Positions 1 to 11,303 are shown, counted from the first letter of the stretch. The stretch is DNA of 64,000 nt from an uncultured cyanobacterium (GCA_963793425.1 CAWCAG010000005.1:480001-544000); one strand, 5' to 3'. The notes: generated by a model from the letters alone, not told the origin. Made by a program: numbers and translations.

Positions 1-910
1 AAAGGAAATCAGCAAGTTTTAGATGCCTTGCTTAACGCTCTACAGGATGAAGACTCAAGACTGAGAAGGTATGCAGCACTTACTTTGGGTAGATTAGAAG
101 AGGGAAATCAGCAAGTTTTAGATGCCCTTCTTAATGCTTTACATGATGAAAACTCAGAGGTGAGAAAGAATGCAACTTCTGCTTTGGGTGAATCAGGTAA
201 GGGCAATCAGGAAGTTATAGATGCCTTACTCAACGCTTTACGGGATGAAGACTTCGGTGTTAGAGGGTACGCAGCATCTGCTTTGAGTGAATTAGGAGAG
301 AGGAAATCAGCAAGTTTTAGATACTTTGCTTAACGCTTTACAGGATCAAGACTCAAGACTGAGAATGATTGCAGTATCTGCTTTGGGTAAATTAGAAGAG
401 GGAAATCAGCAAGTTTTAGATGTCTTGCTTAACACTTTACAAGATGAAGACTCCGGTATGAGAGGGAATGCAGCATATGCTTTGTGCAATTTAGGAGAAG
501 GAAATCAGCAAGTTTTAGATGCCTTGCTTAACACTTTACAAGATGAAGAGTTAGATGTGAGAATGTTGGCAGCATATACTTTGAGTGAATTAGGAGAGGG
601 GAATCAACAAGTTTTAGATGCCTTGCTTAACACTTTACAAGATGAAGAGCTAGATGTGAGAATATTCGCAGCATTTGCTTTGGGTGAATTAGAAAAGGGA
701 AATCAGCAAGTTTTAGAGGTCTTGCTTGACGCTTTACAGGATGAAAACTCAGAGGTGAGAAAGTATGCAGCATATGCTTTGGACGAATTAGACAAACAAT
801 CCAATCAAGTCATGCCCCTAATCATCAATTGGCTAAAACAACACCAGGATTCAGAATATGTAGGAAGAGGAATTGATGTCTTGTGGGACTTGACGAGTAG
901 TACTCAATAA
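1..910 (+). CDS. HEAT-repeat (PBS lyase-type) protein, 3' part only; one +1 frameshift near 300
   Basis: Tandem 31-aa (93-nt) repeats LLNALQDEDSxVRxxAAxALGELGEGNQQVLDA run across ORFs 28..333 and 326..910. At about 297-303 the unit reads gag-a-gga-aat instead of gag-gga-aat or gaa-gga-aat. The start lies upstream of the window. Confidence 0.85.
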
Positions 911-1481
911 TACTTTCCTTTGGTTGTGTTGAAGATATGTTGATTAGGGTTAATACCAACTTCTGTTTAAAAGAGAGGCTACATTCACAAAAAACAAAGG
1001 GAAAACAGAAAAGATGATAAAAGGCGATCGCTGATTAAAAAGAAAGATGTTGCTGAATTAAAAACCGAAAAAAGTATGCTGCACATAAATCGGATCGAGC
1101 CATTTACTCTTACCAATTAGTAAATAACCTTCTCAACAACGAGCCTAAATCTCCATATGACCTACCACCGGATCTATCTCCGAGGACAAAGCAACCCGAA
1201 ACCAGCCAGCCAGACATAACCAACGAAGAGCGAAGCGGTTACGAAGGGGTGTGCGGTCACTGATTCCCCTCTTCACTGGGGGGTTTGGGGGGCTGGTCCC
1301 CCAATTAAACCTACAACGACCCACAGACAAACTCAAAGAACATTCACCAAACCTACTAGTGGTCTGTCATTTTTGCTTTTGTGCATTAACAATCTCTAAA
1401 ACTCTTTTAGGACAAGGTATAAAAAAGCGAGTAACCCATATTATCGAGATTGACAGACCACTAGCCACTAGCCACTAGCTA

Positions 1482-2741
1482 TTAGCCATTAAAAGGAATT
1501 TCAATTACAAATTCAGCACCTTCTCCCGGAGAAGCAATGCAATGGAGCTTACCTTTGTGTTTATCTACCACAATCTGACGAGAAATAGATAACCCTAAAC
1601 CTGTCCCCTTACCTACTTTCTTGGTAGTAAAAAGATGGTCAAAAGCTTTATTTTTCACTTCAGTAGACATCCCTAAACCATCATCTTTAATACTAATTAA
1701 AATACTGTGTTGATCTTCTTTGATTTCAGTAGTAATAATAATTTGATGAGGACAAGCTTTGATTTCTAAATAAGAACGTCCGTAACAAGCTTCATTAATA
1801 GAATCGATCGCATTAGAAAGCAAATTCATAAATACTTGATTCAATTGCCCAGGAAAACATTCTACTTGAGGTAAAGCACCATATTCTTTAATTACTCTAA
1901 TCTCCGGGCGTTGAGTGTCAGCTTTGAGGCGATGAGTAAGAATAGTTAGAGTACTATCAATGCCGTCGTGAACGTTGAAACTAACTGGTTGATTACTATC
2001 AGCACGAGAAAAGATTCGTAGTGACTTGCTTAAATTAACAATGCGCTCAGTTCCCATTTTCATAGAAGTTATTACCTTGGGTAAATCCTCTATCAGAAAA
2101 TCTAGGTCAATTTCTTCTGCGTGTTCTTTAATCTCTGATGATAAACATTCAGGTTTGTTTTGATAAAGTTGTAAATGATTAATTAAATCTTCGCTATACT
2201 CTTCTGACTGGCTAAGGTTACCATTAATAAAACCGATGGGATTATTGATTTCGTGGGCAATACTAGCAACTAATTGACCCAAAGCAGACATTTTTTCGCT
2301 TTGGACAAGTTGAATTTGAGCTTGCTGTAGGCGATCACGATTAGTTCTTAATTCTTGGACACATTTGAGAGTACGATTGGTTGTAGTAATGAGATCATCA
2401 AAATCTATGGGCTTAATTAAAAAATCGAAAGCCCCCAAATTCATAGCTGTTCTAATATTCCTCATATCATCATAAGCAGATACCACCACCGCTTGCAAAG
2501 TTGGGTCTATTTCTGGAAGTAGCCCCAGCAGAGTTAGCCCATCCATCTCCGGCATATTAATATCTGTCAATACCATATCCACCGCACGCTTTTCTTGATA
2601 CAACTTCTCTAAAGCTTCCCTGCCATTGGAAGCGAATATTAACTCAAATTCTTTGGTGCGGATGAATTTTCGTAGTCGTTGCTTAATGAGGCGCTCGAAT
2701 TCTAGCTCGTCATCAACCACTAGGATTTTTGCTGGTATCAT
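1482..2741 (-). CDS. Hybrid response regulator/histidine kinase (REC-HisKA-HATPase)
   Basis: N-terminal REC (VVDDE, LTDINMPEMDG, KPIDF), H-box IAHEINNP, N-box NLLSNAID, G-boxes DDGLG and GKGTGLGL. Confidence 0.93.
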   Translation of the reverse strand: MIPAKILVVDDELEFERLIKQRLRKFIRTKEFELIFASNGREALEKLYQEKRAVDMVLTDINMPEMDGLTLLGLLPEIDPTLQAVVVSAYDDMRNIRTAMNLGAFDFLIKPIDFDDLITTTNRTLKCVQELRTNRDRLQQAQIQLVQSEKMSALGQLVASIAHEINNPIGFINGNLSQSEEYSEDLINHLQLYQNKPECLSSEIKEHAEEIDLDFLIEDLPKVITSMKMGTERIVNLSKSLRIFSRADSNQPVSFNVHDGIDSTLTILTHRLKADTQRPEIRVIKEYGALPQVECFPGQLNQVFMNLLSNAIDSINEACYGRSYLEIKACPHQIIITTEIKEDQHSILISIKDDGLGMSTEVKNKAFDHLFTTKKVGKGTGLGLSISRQIVVDKHKGKLHCIASPGEGAEFVIEIPFNG

Positions 2742-2756
2742 ATTTCTTGAGAGACA

Positions 2757-4496
2757 TTAAGTATTGACTTTTTTGATCAAATCCACAACAGCTTGCCCCT
2801 GGATAGGTCGAGAAATTAAATAGCCCTGAGCGCAGTCACATCCTAACAATTGTAGTGTTTCTAGCTGCTCTTGAGTTTCCACACCTTCAGCGATCGCATC
2901 CAATCCGAGAGAATGGGCTAAGGTGATAATGGTTTTGGCAATATCGAGGTTTTTCCCTGTCCCCCGAATATCTTTGATGAAAGAACGGTCAATTTTGAGA
3001 GTATCAATGGGAAAGGATTGGAGGTATGCCAAAGAGGAATAACCTGTACCAAAGTCGTCAATAGATAGCTTAATATCCCTTTCTTTGAGTTCGGTAAGCA
3101 ATTCGATAGCTGCTGAGCCATTCTTCATCAAAATGCTCTCAGTAATTTCTAGCTTTAACTGAGAGCCACTCAAACCCGTCTCTTCTAGGGTTTCATCAAT
3201 TGATTGGAGCAAGTCTGAATTACTAATTTGAATTCCCGATAAATTGACACTGATATTTTCCGGACAATCATCCTGAAATTTTTCTTGCCACTGCTTCAAC
3301 TGCCGACAAGCCTCTAAGAGAACCCACTTACCTAAAGGAACAATCAAGCCTGTTTCTTCTGCTAGGGGAATAAACTCCATCGGCAGAATAGTTCCTTTCT
3401 GGGGATGCTCCCACCTAACTAAAGCTTCTAAACTAACAATTTTGTTAGTTTGCAAAGAAATAATTGGTTGATAGAGTACCTTCAGTTGCTGCTCATCTAA
3501 AGCCTCTTGAAGATCCGCTTCTAACTTCAAACGCTTAGTAGCCCCCGTTTGCATACTAGGAACAAAAACCGCTGTATTTGTTTCTTCTTGAACTTTAGCA
3601 TGGTTCATGGCTGTATCGGCAGCACGAAGAAAGTCTTCTGGTTCTTCGTAATCAACCGTACTATCAACAATACCAATGTAGGTAGAAGAAGATACTAAAG
3701 AGCCGTTGAGTTGAAAGGGAACTTTAATTTCTCGATGAATTTGTTCTGCTTTTTGCTTCGCCTCATCTAGATCTTGAATATCTTTGAGGATAATAGCAAA
3801 TTCGTTAGTCCCAACACGGGCTACGGTGTCTGTGGGTTGAACACATTTTTCCAAACGTTGAGCCATTTCCACCAAGAGGCGATCGCTTAATTCATGACCT
3901 AAACCATATTTGACAATAGGATAACTATCTAAATAAACAAAGAGGATGGCAAAAATATTACTTTGCTGCTGTACCTGCTCAATACACATAGCCGCAGCAA
4001 TACGATGGAGAATTAAGCATCGGTTGGGTAATTTGGTAAGCTGGTCATAAAAAGCCATTTCCTGAAGCTTTCCCAAAGCTTCTTGGAGTTGATCTTGTTG
4101 CTTTCTAAGCTGCTTGACAAACTTTAAAGTTTTTTGGATCGTAACCTTTAAATCATCAAAATCAATAGGTTTTACTAAAAAGTCAAAAGCACCTCGATTC
4201 ATGGCAGTTCTGATATTACTCATATCGCCATAAGCAGATACCACCACAGCTTTGAGAGTTTGGTCTATTTCTGGCAATAAACCAAGTAAAGTAAGACCGT
4301 CCATTTCTGGCATATTAATGTCAGTAAGAACCATCTCTATTGCTTGTTCACTTTGCAATTTCTCCAATGCTTCTTTGCCATTATGGGCAAATAACAACTC
4401 AAATTCCTTAGCACGAACGTGTTTCTTTAAGCGTTGTTTAATGAGACGTTCTAACTCTAATTCATCATCAACTATTAAAATTTTTGCTTTTGTCAT
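2757..4496 (-). CDS. REC-GGDEF(degenerate)-EAL response regulator, probable c-di-GMP phosphodiesterase
   Basis: REC domain; DQLTKLPNR start of a GGDEF domain with GTNEF at the active site; intact EAL motifs EALVRW, LEITES, DDFGTGYSSL, KIDRSF, AEGVE. Confidence 0.93.
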   Translation of the reverse strand: MTKAKILIVDDELELERLIKQRLKKHVRAKEFELLFAHNGKEALEKLQSEQAIEMVLTDINMPEMDGLTLLGLLPEIDQTLKAVVVSAYGDMSNIRTAMNRGAFDFLVKPIDFDDLKVTIQKTLKFVKQLRKQQDQLQEALGKLQEMAFYDQLTKLPNRCLILHRIAAAMCIEQVQQQSNIFAILFVYLDSYPIVKYGLGHELSDRLLVEMAQRLEKCVQPTDTVARVGTNEFAIILKDIQDLDEAKQKAEQIHREIKVPFQLNGSLVSSSTYIGIVDSTVDYEEPEDFLRAADTAMNHAKVQEETNTAVFVPSMQTGATKRLKLEADLQEALDEQQLKVLYQPIISLQTNKIVSLEALVRWEHPQKGTILPMEFIPLAEETGLIVPLGKWVLLEACRQLKQWQEKFQDDCPENISVNLSGIQISNSDLLQSIDETLEETGLSGSQLKLEITESILMKNGSAAIELLTELKERDIKLSIDDFGTGYSSLAYLQSFPIDTLKIDRSFIKDIRGTGKNLDIAKTIITLAHSLGLDAIAEGVETQEQLETLQLLGCDCAQGYLISRPIQGQAVVDLIKKVNT

Positions 4497-5094
4497 GTCA
4501 GTTTTAGGGGCGGACGTTTAATTTTATCGGGCATTGCACTTAGCTCTATATAATTAAGAGCTACTATTTATTATTGAGAGTATTGTTAATACTTAAACAC
4601 TCAACTTTTCTTGGCACTAGAAGTTTTCAGCTAACACAAGATAACTCACAGAAAGTTTTTCCTGATCTCGATATTTAAGTAGCTAACATTTTTGAAGAGA
4701 CAGCTAGGAGGCGACTTTAGATTAGTATCGTCTCAATGAATATCTTAGGTTTGGGAAGGGGTGATTTGGTAATTTTGAGATTTTAATATCATTAGTGCAT
4801 TATCCTCCTCAGACAAGTAAAGTAAGCAGTTTGGTTGGCAAGTTGAAGATTAGTTTAGTAATACAGTTAATGTATTCTAGTTGTAATTTGGATTGGAAAA
4901 TAGGGTAGATATTACTATGAAAATGCGTTTTTGAGATAGATGCTAGCTGAGTATACCTTTATAACTAAATAGCTCAGTTCAATTTATGGCAAACAACAAT
5001 ATAGCCCAAGAATATTGTCTTTACCTGCGACTCTCGTCACAACTAGACTGTGATATAGACATTTGAATTGAGCTAAAACCTGAGCATCAGATGA

Positions 5095-6405
5095 TTAGAT
5101 AGCTTTTTTGGGTAAAGTAATAATAAATGTTGTGTATGCTCCTGGTTGAGTATCTACCTTAAGTGTTCCCCGATGTTGCTTAACAATAATGTCATAGGTT
5201 AAAGATAGTCCTAAACCAGTTCCCTCTCCGCTTGCTTTAGTAGTAAAAAAAGGATTAAAAATTTTCTCTTCAAGTTCTGGTTCAATACCTATACCATTAT
5301 CAAAAATACGGATCTCAATAGCTTCACCAAGATTTTTGGTTTTGATACTAAGCTTAGGTTCAAAAACCTCTTGACTAGCTTCTTGCAAATGTTTCTGTTG
5401 TTTAGCTTCAACAGCATAGAAAGCATTATCAAGTAAATTGATTAAAGCACGACTTAAATCGGAAGGAACTAATTCAATTTGATTGATATCTTGGTCATAT
5501 TCAGTTTCTATAGCAACTTGAGAAGCATTATTTCTAGCAACTTTACTGTGACAAGCCCATTCAACTGTTTCAGCGAAGAATGTATTAAATACGATTGATT
5601 GACGCTGACCTCTCTCACTACGAGAATGTTGCATCATATTATCAATAATATTTTCTGCCCTTTGTCCGTGTTTATGAATAGCTACAGCATTTTCCTTAAC
5701 ATCAACCAAAACTTCTTTGATATAGCCAAAGTCTTCTGGATCAATCTTTGCTGCGTGTTTACTTAGTTCCTCAAGAATTTCATCTGTAAGTTCTACTGAA
5801 CCTTCAGCATAATTGTTAATAATATTGAGAGGATTACGTATTTCGTGGGCAATGCCTGCGGTTAACGCACCAAGAGAAGCCAGTTTTTCTTGAACAACAA
5901 TCTGTTGTTGAGCTGCTTTAAGTTGCTCAATAGTTTCTTGCAAGCTGGTTTCTGCGGCCTTTCTTTGCTCAACTTCTTCTTGCAACAGGTCATTTTGTGT
6001 TTCCAGCATTTTGGTTAAGGTTTGCAAACGCAGATGTACCTTAATGCGAGCTAATACCTCTTCTGACTGGATTGGTTTGGTGACATAATCTATAGCGCCT
6101 AAAGATAAACCTTTGACCTTATTTACCGTTTCATTGAGGGCAGTCATGAAAATAACAGGAACATCTTCAGTAAGAGGATTTTCTTTGAGCTTTTGACAGG
6201 TTTCAAATCCATCAATACCAGGCATCATTACATCTAACAAAATCAAGTCTGGTGGTCTATATTCAACCTGTTCAATGGCACTTTCGCCATCGGTGGCAAC
6301 AGCTACTTTAAAGCCAGCATTCATCAGAGTGGTGGACAATACCTCTAAATTAGTAGGGATATCATCAACAATGAGTATTAGTTGAAATTCTTTATCTGGA
6401 GACAT
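5095..6405 (-). CDS. Hybrid response regulator/histidine kinase (REC-HisKA-HATPase)
   Basis: REC (IVDD, LLDVMMPGIDG), H-box IAHEIRNP, NLLDNA, DNGIG, GEGTGLGL. Confidence 0.93.
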   Translation of the reverse strand: MSPDKEFQLILIVDDIPTNLEVLSTTLMNAGFKVAVATDGESAIEQVEYRPPDLILLDVMMPGIDGFETCQKLKENPLTEDVPVIFMTALNETVNKVKGLSLGAIDYVTKPIQSEEVLARIKVHLRLQTLTKMLETQNDLLQEEVEQRKAAETSLQETIEQLKAAQQQIVVQEKLASLGALTAGIAHEIRNPLNIINNYAEGSVELTDEILEELSKHAAKIDPEDFGYIKEVLVDVKENAVAIHKHGQRAENIIDNMMQHSRSERGQRQSIVFNTFFAETVEWACHSKVARNNASQVAIETEYDQDINQIELVPSDLSRALINLLDNAFYAVEAKQQKHLQEASQEVFEPKLSIKTKNLGEAIEIRIFDNGIGIEPELEEKIFNPFFTTKASGEGTGLGLSLTYDIIVKQHRGTLKVDTQPGAYTTFIITLPKKAI

Positions 6406-6963
6406 CTATTTTTCAATAATCTGCTTTTTTTAGTCAGTCAGAGCAAAGGAGGTTCGGACAAGTAAAGACTCTTTAATATCTTTCCCAACTGTATAGCGAG
6501 AATTGTTTGCTGCCAAGTTGGTGACAACCTGGCAGCAAAAATATGGAAAGAGTTTTACTGCTCAATTTTCAACAGATATACTTAGAATCCCGGATTAAAT
6601 TAAGAATTTGTCTCCCCCAGCTTGTCATACCAAATTCTGTTTAAATAGCATAAGTTATCAGTGAGGGTAGGGAGTAGGGAGTAGGGTTTCAGTATAAGTC
6701 GCCAAAAATATACACAAATCAAACGTTAGATAGACGTAATCACGAACATAGATGTTTCATAATTAACTATGGGAGCAAAAAAAATTAACTCTAAATTGAG
6801 AGTGTTATATTTTTGTTCTTCTAGTTCCTCTTGTTTTCAGTTCAAGTAAGCCTAGTTGTAACAATCCCAGTCATCAGGGTCAATTACTCTCAGTCATCAA
6901 GTACATAGCTCCAAATCATCAGGTTCATAATCCCGTCAGGTTACTACACTAAGCCTAGCGGGG

Positions 6964-8082
6964 TTATTTTTGTGGAGAATCTAGCCCTACAGCCTCAGTA
7001 ATTGAATTAAATTTATGTTCTTCTAGTTTTTGCAACAATCCCTTTAATACTCTTCTTACCATACCAGGGCCTTCATAAACCCAGCCGGTATAAACTTGAA
7101 TCAAACTTGCACCAGCTGTAATTTTTTCCCAAGCATCTTCAGCATTGAAAATCCCTCCGACACCAATAATAGTTAGTTGTCCTTGAGTTTGTTGATAGAT
7201 AAAACGGATCACTTCAGTGGCGCGATCGCTTATCGGTTTGCCACTAATGCCCCCAGCTTCTTCAATTACTTTCCTTTGGGTAGCCGGAATAGTTGTAGTT
7301 TGAAGATTATCTCGGCGAATGGTGGTATTAGTAGCGATAATTCCTGCTAATTGATAGTTTTGTACCAAATTAATCACATCGGCGATCGCCTCTTGGCTCA
7401 AGTCGGGGGCGATCTTAACTAAAATTGGTTTACGGTTTTGATTTTCCTGTTGTAAAGCATCAACAATCAAACTCAGTTGCTTGGCATCCTGGAGAGAGCG
7501 TAAACCAGGAGTATTGGGTGAACTAACATTAACCACAAAATAACTTCCCCAATCTTGCAAGCGTCGGAAACTGCCTAAATAATCTGCTGCGGCTTCTTCT
7601 AAAGGAGTTACCTTCGATTTACCTAAATTAATCCCCCAAGGCACTCCGGCATAACCTTTGCGCTTTGCTAAACTTTCTTTTAAGATAGAACTGCCTTGGT
7701 TATTAAAACCCATACGATTCAAAGCAGCTTCATCTTCCGGTAGGCGAAATAGCCGAGGAAGGGGGTTTCCTGGTTGCGGGTAGTAAGTTACAGTACCAAG
7801 TTCAGCAAAACCAAAGCCCATACTTCCCCATACCCCTGCTGCCATGCCATCCTTATCAAATCCTGCTGCCAAACCCAGAGGATTAGGAAAATTAATACCC
7901 CACAAATTTTGTTCTAACCTAGTATCCTGGAAACCAAAAGAATACTCTAATTGAGGCAATAACCAGGAGACTCTAAATTCCAGCCAATTTAGTAGTTTGA
8001 GACTACGCTTATGCAAAATTTCTGGGTCAGCTTTTAAACCAGAAAAAAGCAAGGGACGGAGCATTTTTTTGTAGATATTCAC
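6964..8082 (-). CDS. pyrD: Quinone-dependent dihydroorotate dehydrogenase
   Basis: [30 protein letters not shown] and GGISG motifs. Confidence 0.97.
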   Translation of the reverse strand: MNIYKKMLRPLLFSGLKADPEILHKRSLKLLNWLEFRVSWLLPQLEYSFGFQDTRLEQNLWGINFPNPLGLAAGFDKDGMAAGVWGSMGFGFAELGTVTYYPQPGNPLPRLFRLPEDEAALNRMGFNNQGSSILKESLAKRKGYAGVPWGINLGKSKVTPLEEAAADYLGSFRRLQDWGSYFVVNVSSPNTPGLRSLQDAKQLSLIVDALQQENQNRKPILVKIAPDLSQEAIADVINLVQNYQLAGIIATNTTIRRDNLQTTTIPATQRKVIEEAGGISGKPISDRATEVIRFIYQQTQGQLTIIGVGGIFNAEDAWEKITAGASLIQVYTGWVYEGPGMVRRVLKGLLQKLEEHKFNSITEAVGLDSPQK

Positions 8083-8225
8083 AATTCTAATGGAGTAAAG
8101 GTAGCAACAGACATCTAATTTCTATGCACATTAGCTTAGAATGGATGGATATTTTACATCCTCTTAGTTTCGTCTTTCCAAAAAGAAGATTACTATGCTT
8201 AATATAGTAATCTTCACCAACACCA

Positions 8226-9623
8226 ATGGTAGCAAATCCTCAAATAACCCTCGAAGAAAAAGCCCAAAAACTATTAGAAGCTTCTCTTATTTATTATCAA
8301 GATCGTCCTGTCGGAGCCGTAGCAGCCCGTGATTTTGAAACCGAAGCTCTTAACTACGACCAATGTTTTATCCGAGACTTTGTTCCTGTGGCTTTGGTCT
8401 ATTTACTCCAAGGAAAAACTGAACTTGTCCGCAACTTTCTCATAGAAACTGTCGCTTTACAAAAACAAGAAAGGCGTATTGACTGTTACGAACCTCCACC
8501 AGGTTTAATGCCTGCTAGCTTCAAAGTAAAAGTGCAAGAAGAAAAGCAATCTCTTGTGGCTGATTTTGGCGACTTGGCCATCGGCCGGGTAACCCCTGTA
8601 GATTCTTGCTTATGGTGGGTTATTCTTTTAAGGGCTTATGTAAAAGCAACTGGAGACTCCGCTTTTGCAGAGCAAAAAGAGTTTCAAGATGGTTTAAAAT
8701 ACATCCTTGATATTTGTTTAGGCTCTCGCTTTGAAACTGCACCTACTTTGTTAGTTCCTGATGGTGCTTGTATGATTGACCGTCGCATGGGAGTTGATGG
8801 TCATCCTATTGAGATTCAAGCACTTTTTTATGCTGCTTTGCGAGGAGCGCGGGAATTACTCGTTAAGGATGAAGATGGGCAAGTTTGGTATGACAAAATT
8901 AATAACCGTCTCAGTAGTTTAATCTTTCACATCCGTTTTTACTACTGGCTTGACCTCAAAAAAATCAACCAAATTCATCGTTATAAAGGAGAAGAGTTTG
9001 GCGAATCGGTAGTAAATACTTTTAACATTTATCCTGATTCAATTCCTTACTGGTTAACGGAATGGATACCAGATCAAGGAGGATACTTAGTCGGTAATTT
9101 AGGGCCGGGTCGCATGGATTTTCGCTTCTTTGCTTTGGGTAACTTAGTAGCAATTGTCTCTTCTTTAACAAATGTTGAGCAGTCCCAAGAAATTATGGAT
9201 TTAATTGAGCAGAGATGGGACGATTTAGTAGGCAGGATGCCAATGAAAGTTTGCTTTCCCGCAGTAGAAGGTTTGGAGTGGAAAATTATTACAGGCTCTG
9301 ATCCCAAAAATACCCCTTGGTCTTATCATAACGGCGGAAGCTGGCCCATCTTACTGTGGCTCTTAATTGCTGCGGCCCAAATTACTGGGAGAAAAGAATT
9401 AGGTGAAAAAGCTCTAGCTTTGGCCAGAGTCCGTCTAGAAAAAGATGAATGGCCTGAATACTATGATGGCAAAAATGGTCGTCTGGTAGGTAAAGCAGCA
9501 AGGAAGTACCAAACTTGGACAATTGCAGGTTTCTTATTAGCACAACTGTTACAAGACAATCCAGAGCATCTTTCTATTCTTAGTTTTGAAGAAGATACTG
9601 AAGCGGCAGGATGTATCATCTAA
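8226..9623 (+). CDS. Alkaline/neutral invertase (GH100)
   Basis: [37 protein letters not shown] and WPEYYDG motifs typical of GH100. Confidence 0.95.
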   Translation: MVANPQITLEEKAQKLLEASLIYYQDRPVGAVAARDFETEALNYDQCFIRDFVPVALVYLLQGKTELVRNFLIETVALQKQERRIDCYEPPPGLMPASFKVKVQEEKQSLVADFGDLAIGRVTPVDSCLWWVILLRAYVKATGDSAFAEQKEFQDGLKYILDICLGSRFETAPTLLVPDGACMIDRRMGVDGHPIEIQALFYAALRGARELLVKDEDGQVWYDKINNRLSSLIFHIRFYYWLDLKKINQIHRYKGEEFGESVVNTFNIYPDSIPYWLTEWIPDQGGYLVGNLGPGRMDFRFFALGNLVAIVSSLTNVEQSQEIMDLIEQRWDDLVGRMPMKVCFPAVEGLEWKIITGSDPKNTPWSYHNGGSWPILLWLLIAAAQITGRKELGEKALALARVRLEKDEWPEYYDGKNGRLVGKAARKYQTWTIAGFLLAQLLQDNPEHLSILSFEEDTEAAGCII

Positions 9624-9717
9624 CAAGACTTTAATTTAAAAAAAATAATGCATTTTGGTAACTAAAAATACCAAATTATCTTAATTGAAAAATACTTAAG
9701 ATGAATCAAATCTTGTT

Positions 9718-9739
9718 AGGGCGAAAGGTTCTTCGCCCT
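9718..9739. terminator. Hairpin between convergent genes (REP-like or bidirectional terminator)
   Basis: AGGGCGAA-aggttc-TTCGCCCT inverted repeat. Confidence 0.45.
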
Positions 9740-9747
9740 TGCTAGGT

Positions 9748-9987
9748 TTAATCAGCTTTAATTTGATAAATAGGTTGTTCGTCAACAATAACTCTTTCCC
9801 AAGACCAACCGTTAGGATCGTATTTAGAACTCCAGCGGGCGAAGTGTTCTCCGCCTTTACGGATATTCCTAATTACACTACTCCTATTTACTCTCAACCT
9901 GTTTGCTAAAGCTTTTTGGGTAATACCGCTAATGAATTCGTTAGCTTCGTAATTAGTGAAGCTATTAGTCTGCCTAAAGAAGTTCAT
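9748..9987 (-). CDS. Small HTH-like hypothetical protein
   Basis: 79-aa ORF with TQKALANRLRVNRSSV (HTH-like) and WSSKYDPNGWSW; resembles ORF 30204..30422. Confidence 0.7.
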   Translation of the reverse strand: MNFFRQTNSFTNYEANEFISGITQKALANRLRVNRSSVIRNIRKGGEHFARWSSKYDPNGWSWERVIVDEQPIYQIKAD

Positions 9988-10300
9988 TTGATTTTTAAAG
10001 CTCTTGGATGTTCCTGATAATAAGTCGAGATAAGTTCTTTAAAGTTCCTGTTTATTGAGGCTATTTGAGGATATTTATAGATTGATTATTAGTTCTAATT
10101 GCTCCTTGAAAAGAATAAAATAATAACAATTAGATTGGCTTTAAATAGATGCTATATTTGATAGAATAACTAATTTTTTCATCAATATAAATACAGTTTT
10201 TCTCTAGTACAGTAATATTGCTGCTCAGTAATATCTCTTTCTTATTCAGGTAATTATCACTAATGTAAAGTAACTATAAACAAATCTTGATACCCTACTA

Positions 10301-11044
10301 ATGAGATTGCCTCAACTTTTCGCGACAGCATTAGTATTAGTTGAATTTTCTGGCTTAGGATTAACAAGCTGCCTACCTTCAACTAATTATTCCGTAAATA
10401 AAGAAAATAGCCATTCTTCTTCAGGGCTAGAAGTTACTTCTACCCAACTGCAAGAAATAGCACTGGAAGAAGCAGAATACTTTGAACTAATCGCTTTTGG
10501 CAACGAATTTGTAACAAATCCTCAAACCCAATATGTTCGCAAATGGAATGAAGATATTAGAATTAAAGTCATGGGTTCTCCTACTCAGGAGGACTGGCAA
10601 ACTTTACAAATAGTTATTAACGAACTTAATCAATTAGTTGGTGATATTCAAATAGCTCTAGATAACCAGAATCACAACCTAGAAATCTATTTTATTCCCC
10701 AGGAAAAGTTTTCTCAATACGAACCTAACTATGTTCCTGGAAATCTTGGTTTCTTCTTCATTTGGTGGAACAGTAACTTAGAAATTAACCGGGGAAAAAT
10801 ACTAATCTCAACAAACCAAGTTACTCAAATTGAACGTTCCCATATAATTCGCGAAGAATTAACTCAATCTTTAGGTTTAATGAATGATGCTTGGACTTAT
10901 CCAGATAGTATTTTTTATCAAGATTGGACTGAAGTAAATCAGTTTTCTGAACTAGATAAGGTTGTAATTAGGATACTTTATAGCCCCAAAATCAAAACAG
11001 GAATGACGCAACAACAAGTGCGGGATATTTTACTTGGTTATTAA
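10301..11044 (+). CDS. DUF2927-like lipoprotein
   Basis: Signal peptide with lipobox-like LTSC; VRKW and IIREELTQSLGLMND...SIFYQ motifs. Confidence 0.8.
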   Translation: MRLPQLFATALVLVEFSGLGLTSCLPSTNYSVNKENSHSSSGLEVTSTQLQEIALEEAEYFELIAFGNEFVTNPQTQYVRKWNEDIRIKVMGSPTQEDWQTLQIVINELNQLVGDIQIALDNQNHNLEIYFIPQEKFSQYEPNYVPGNLGFFFIWWNSNLEINRGKILISTNQVTQIERSHIIREELTQSLGLMNDAWTYPDSIFYQDWTEVNQFSELDKVVIRILYSPKIKTGMTQQQVRDILLGY

Positions 11045-11255
11045 GCCCATCTTACCGATCACAGATAATCCTAATCTACAAGGAGTAGAATTCGCTCTTG
11101 GTCGTTTAAAATCTTTAGAAACTGGAGGGGTGAGTCTTAAGGATCTAGTAGTTGCTATCTCTCCGACCCTAGATATAGGACTTTTAGGACAAGATGTCTA
11201 TGGCAATTATGATGTCAGTATCAAAGAGAATGTGATTGAGCTGCGCGTTCGTTAA
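11034..11255 (+). pseudogene. 3' remnant of a retropepsin-like aspartyl protease
   Basis: Ends in GLLGQDVYGNYDVSIKENVIELRVR, typical of the C-terminus of cyanobacterial retropepsin-like proteases; no DTGA catalytic motif or N-terminus present. Confidence 0.65.
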
Positions 11256-11303
11256 GAAATAGCTGCTACAATACAAAACCCAAGAGAAGTTTTTCAACAA
11301 ATT

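Noticed and set aside
1..780. 93-nt tandem repeats as a CRISPR or non-coding array
   Set aside because: They are in-frame coding repeats of a HEAT protein with no unique spacers.
1145..1478. ORFs 1145..1336 and 1251..1478
   Set aside because: They overlap the GC-rich hairpin element, have no recognisable motifs and are probably spurious.
6441..6563. Known riboswitch (c-di-GMP, c-di-AMP, glutamine)
   Set aside because: Conserved core nucleotides of those classes were not found; kept only as an unassigned structure.
6856..6949. Tn7/CAST transposon end (TGT...ACA-like termini)
   Set aside because: Internal repeats do not resemble TnsB sites I recognise and no tns genes are present.
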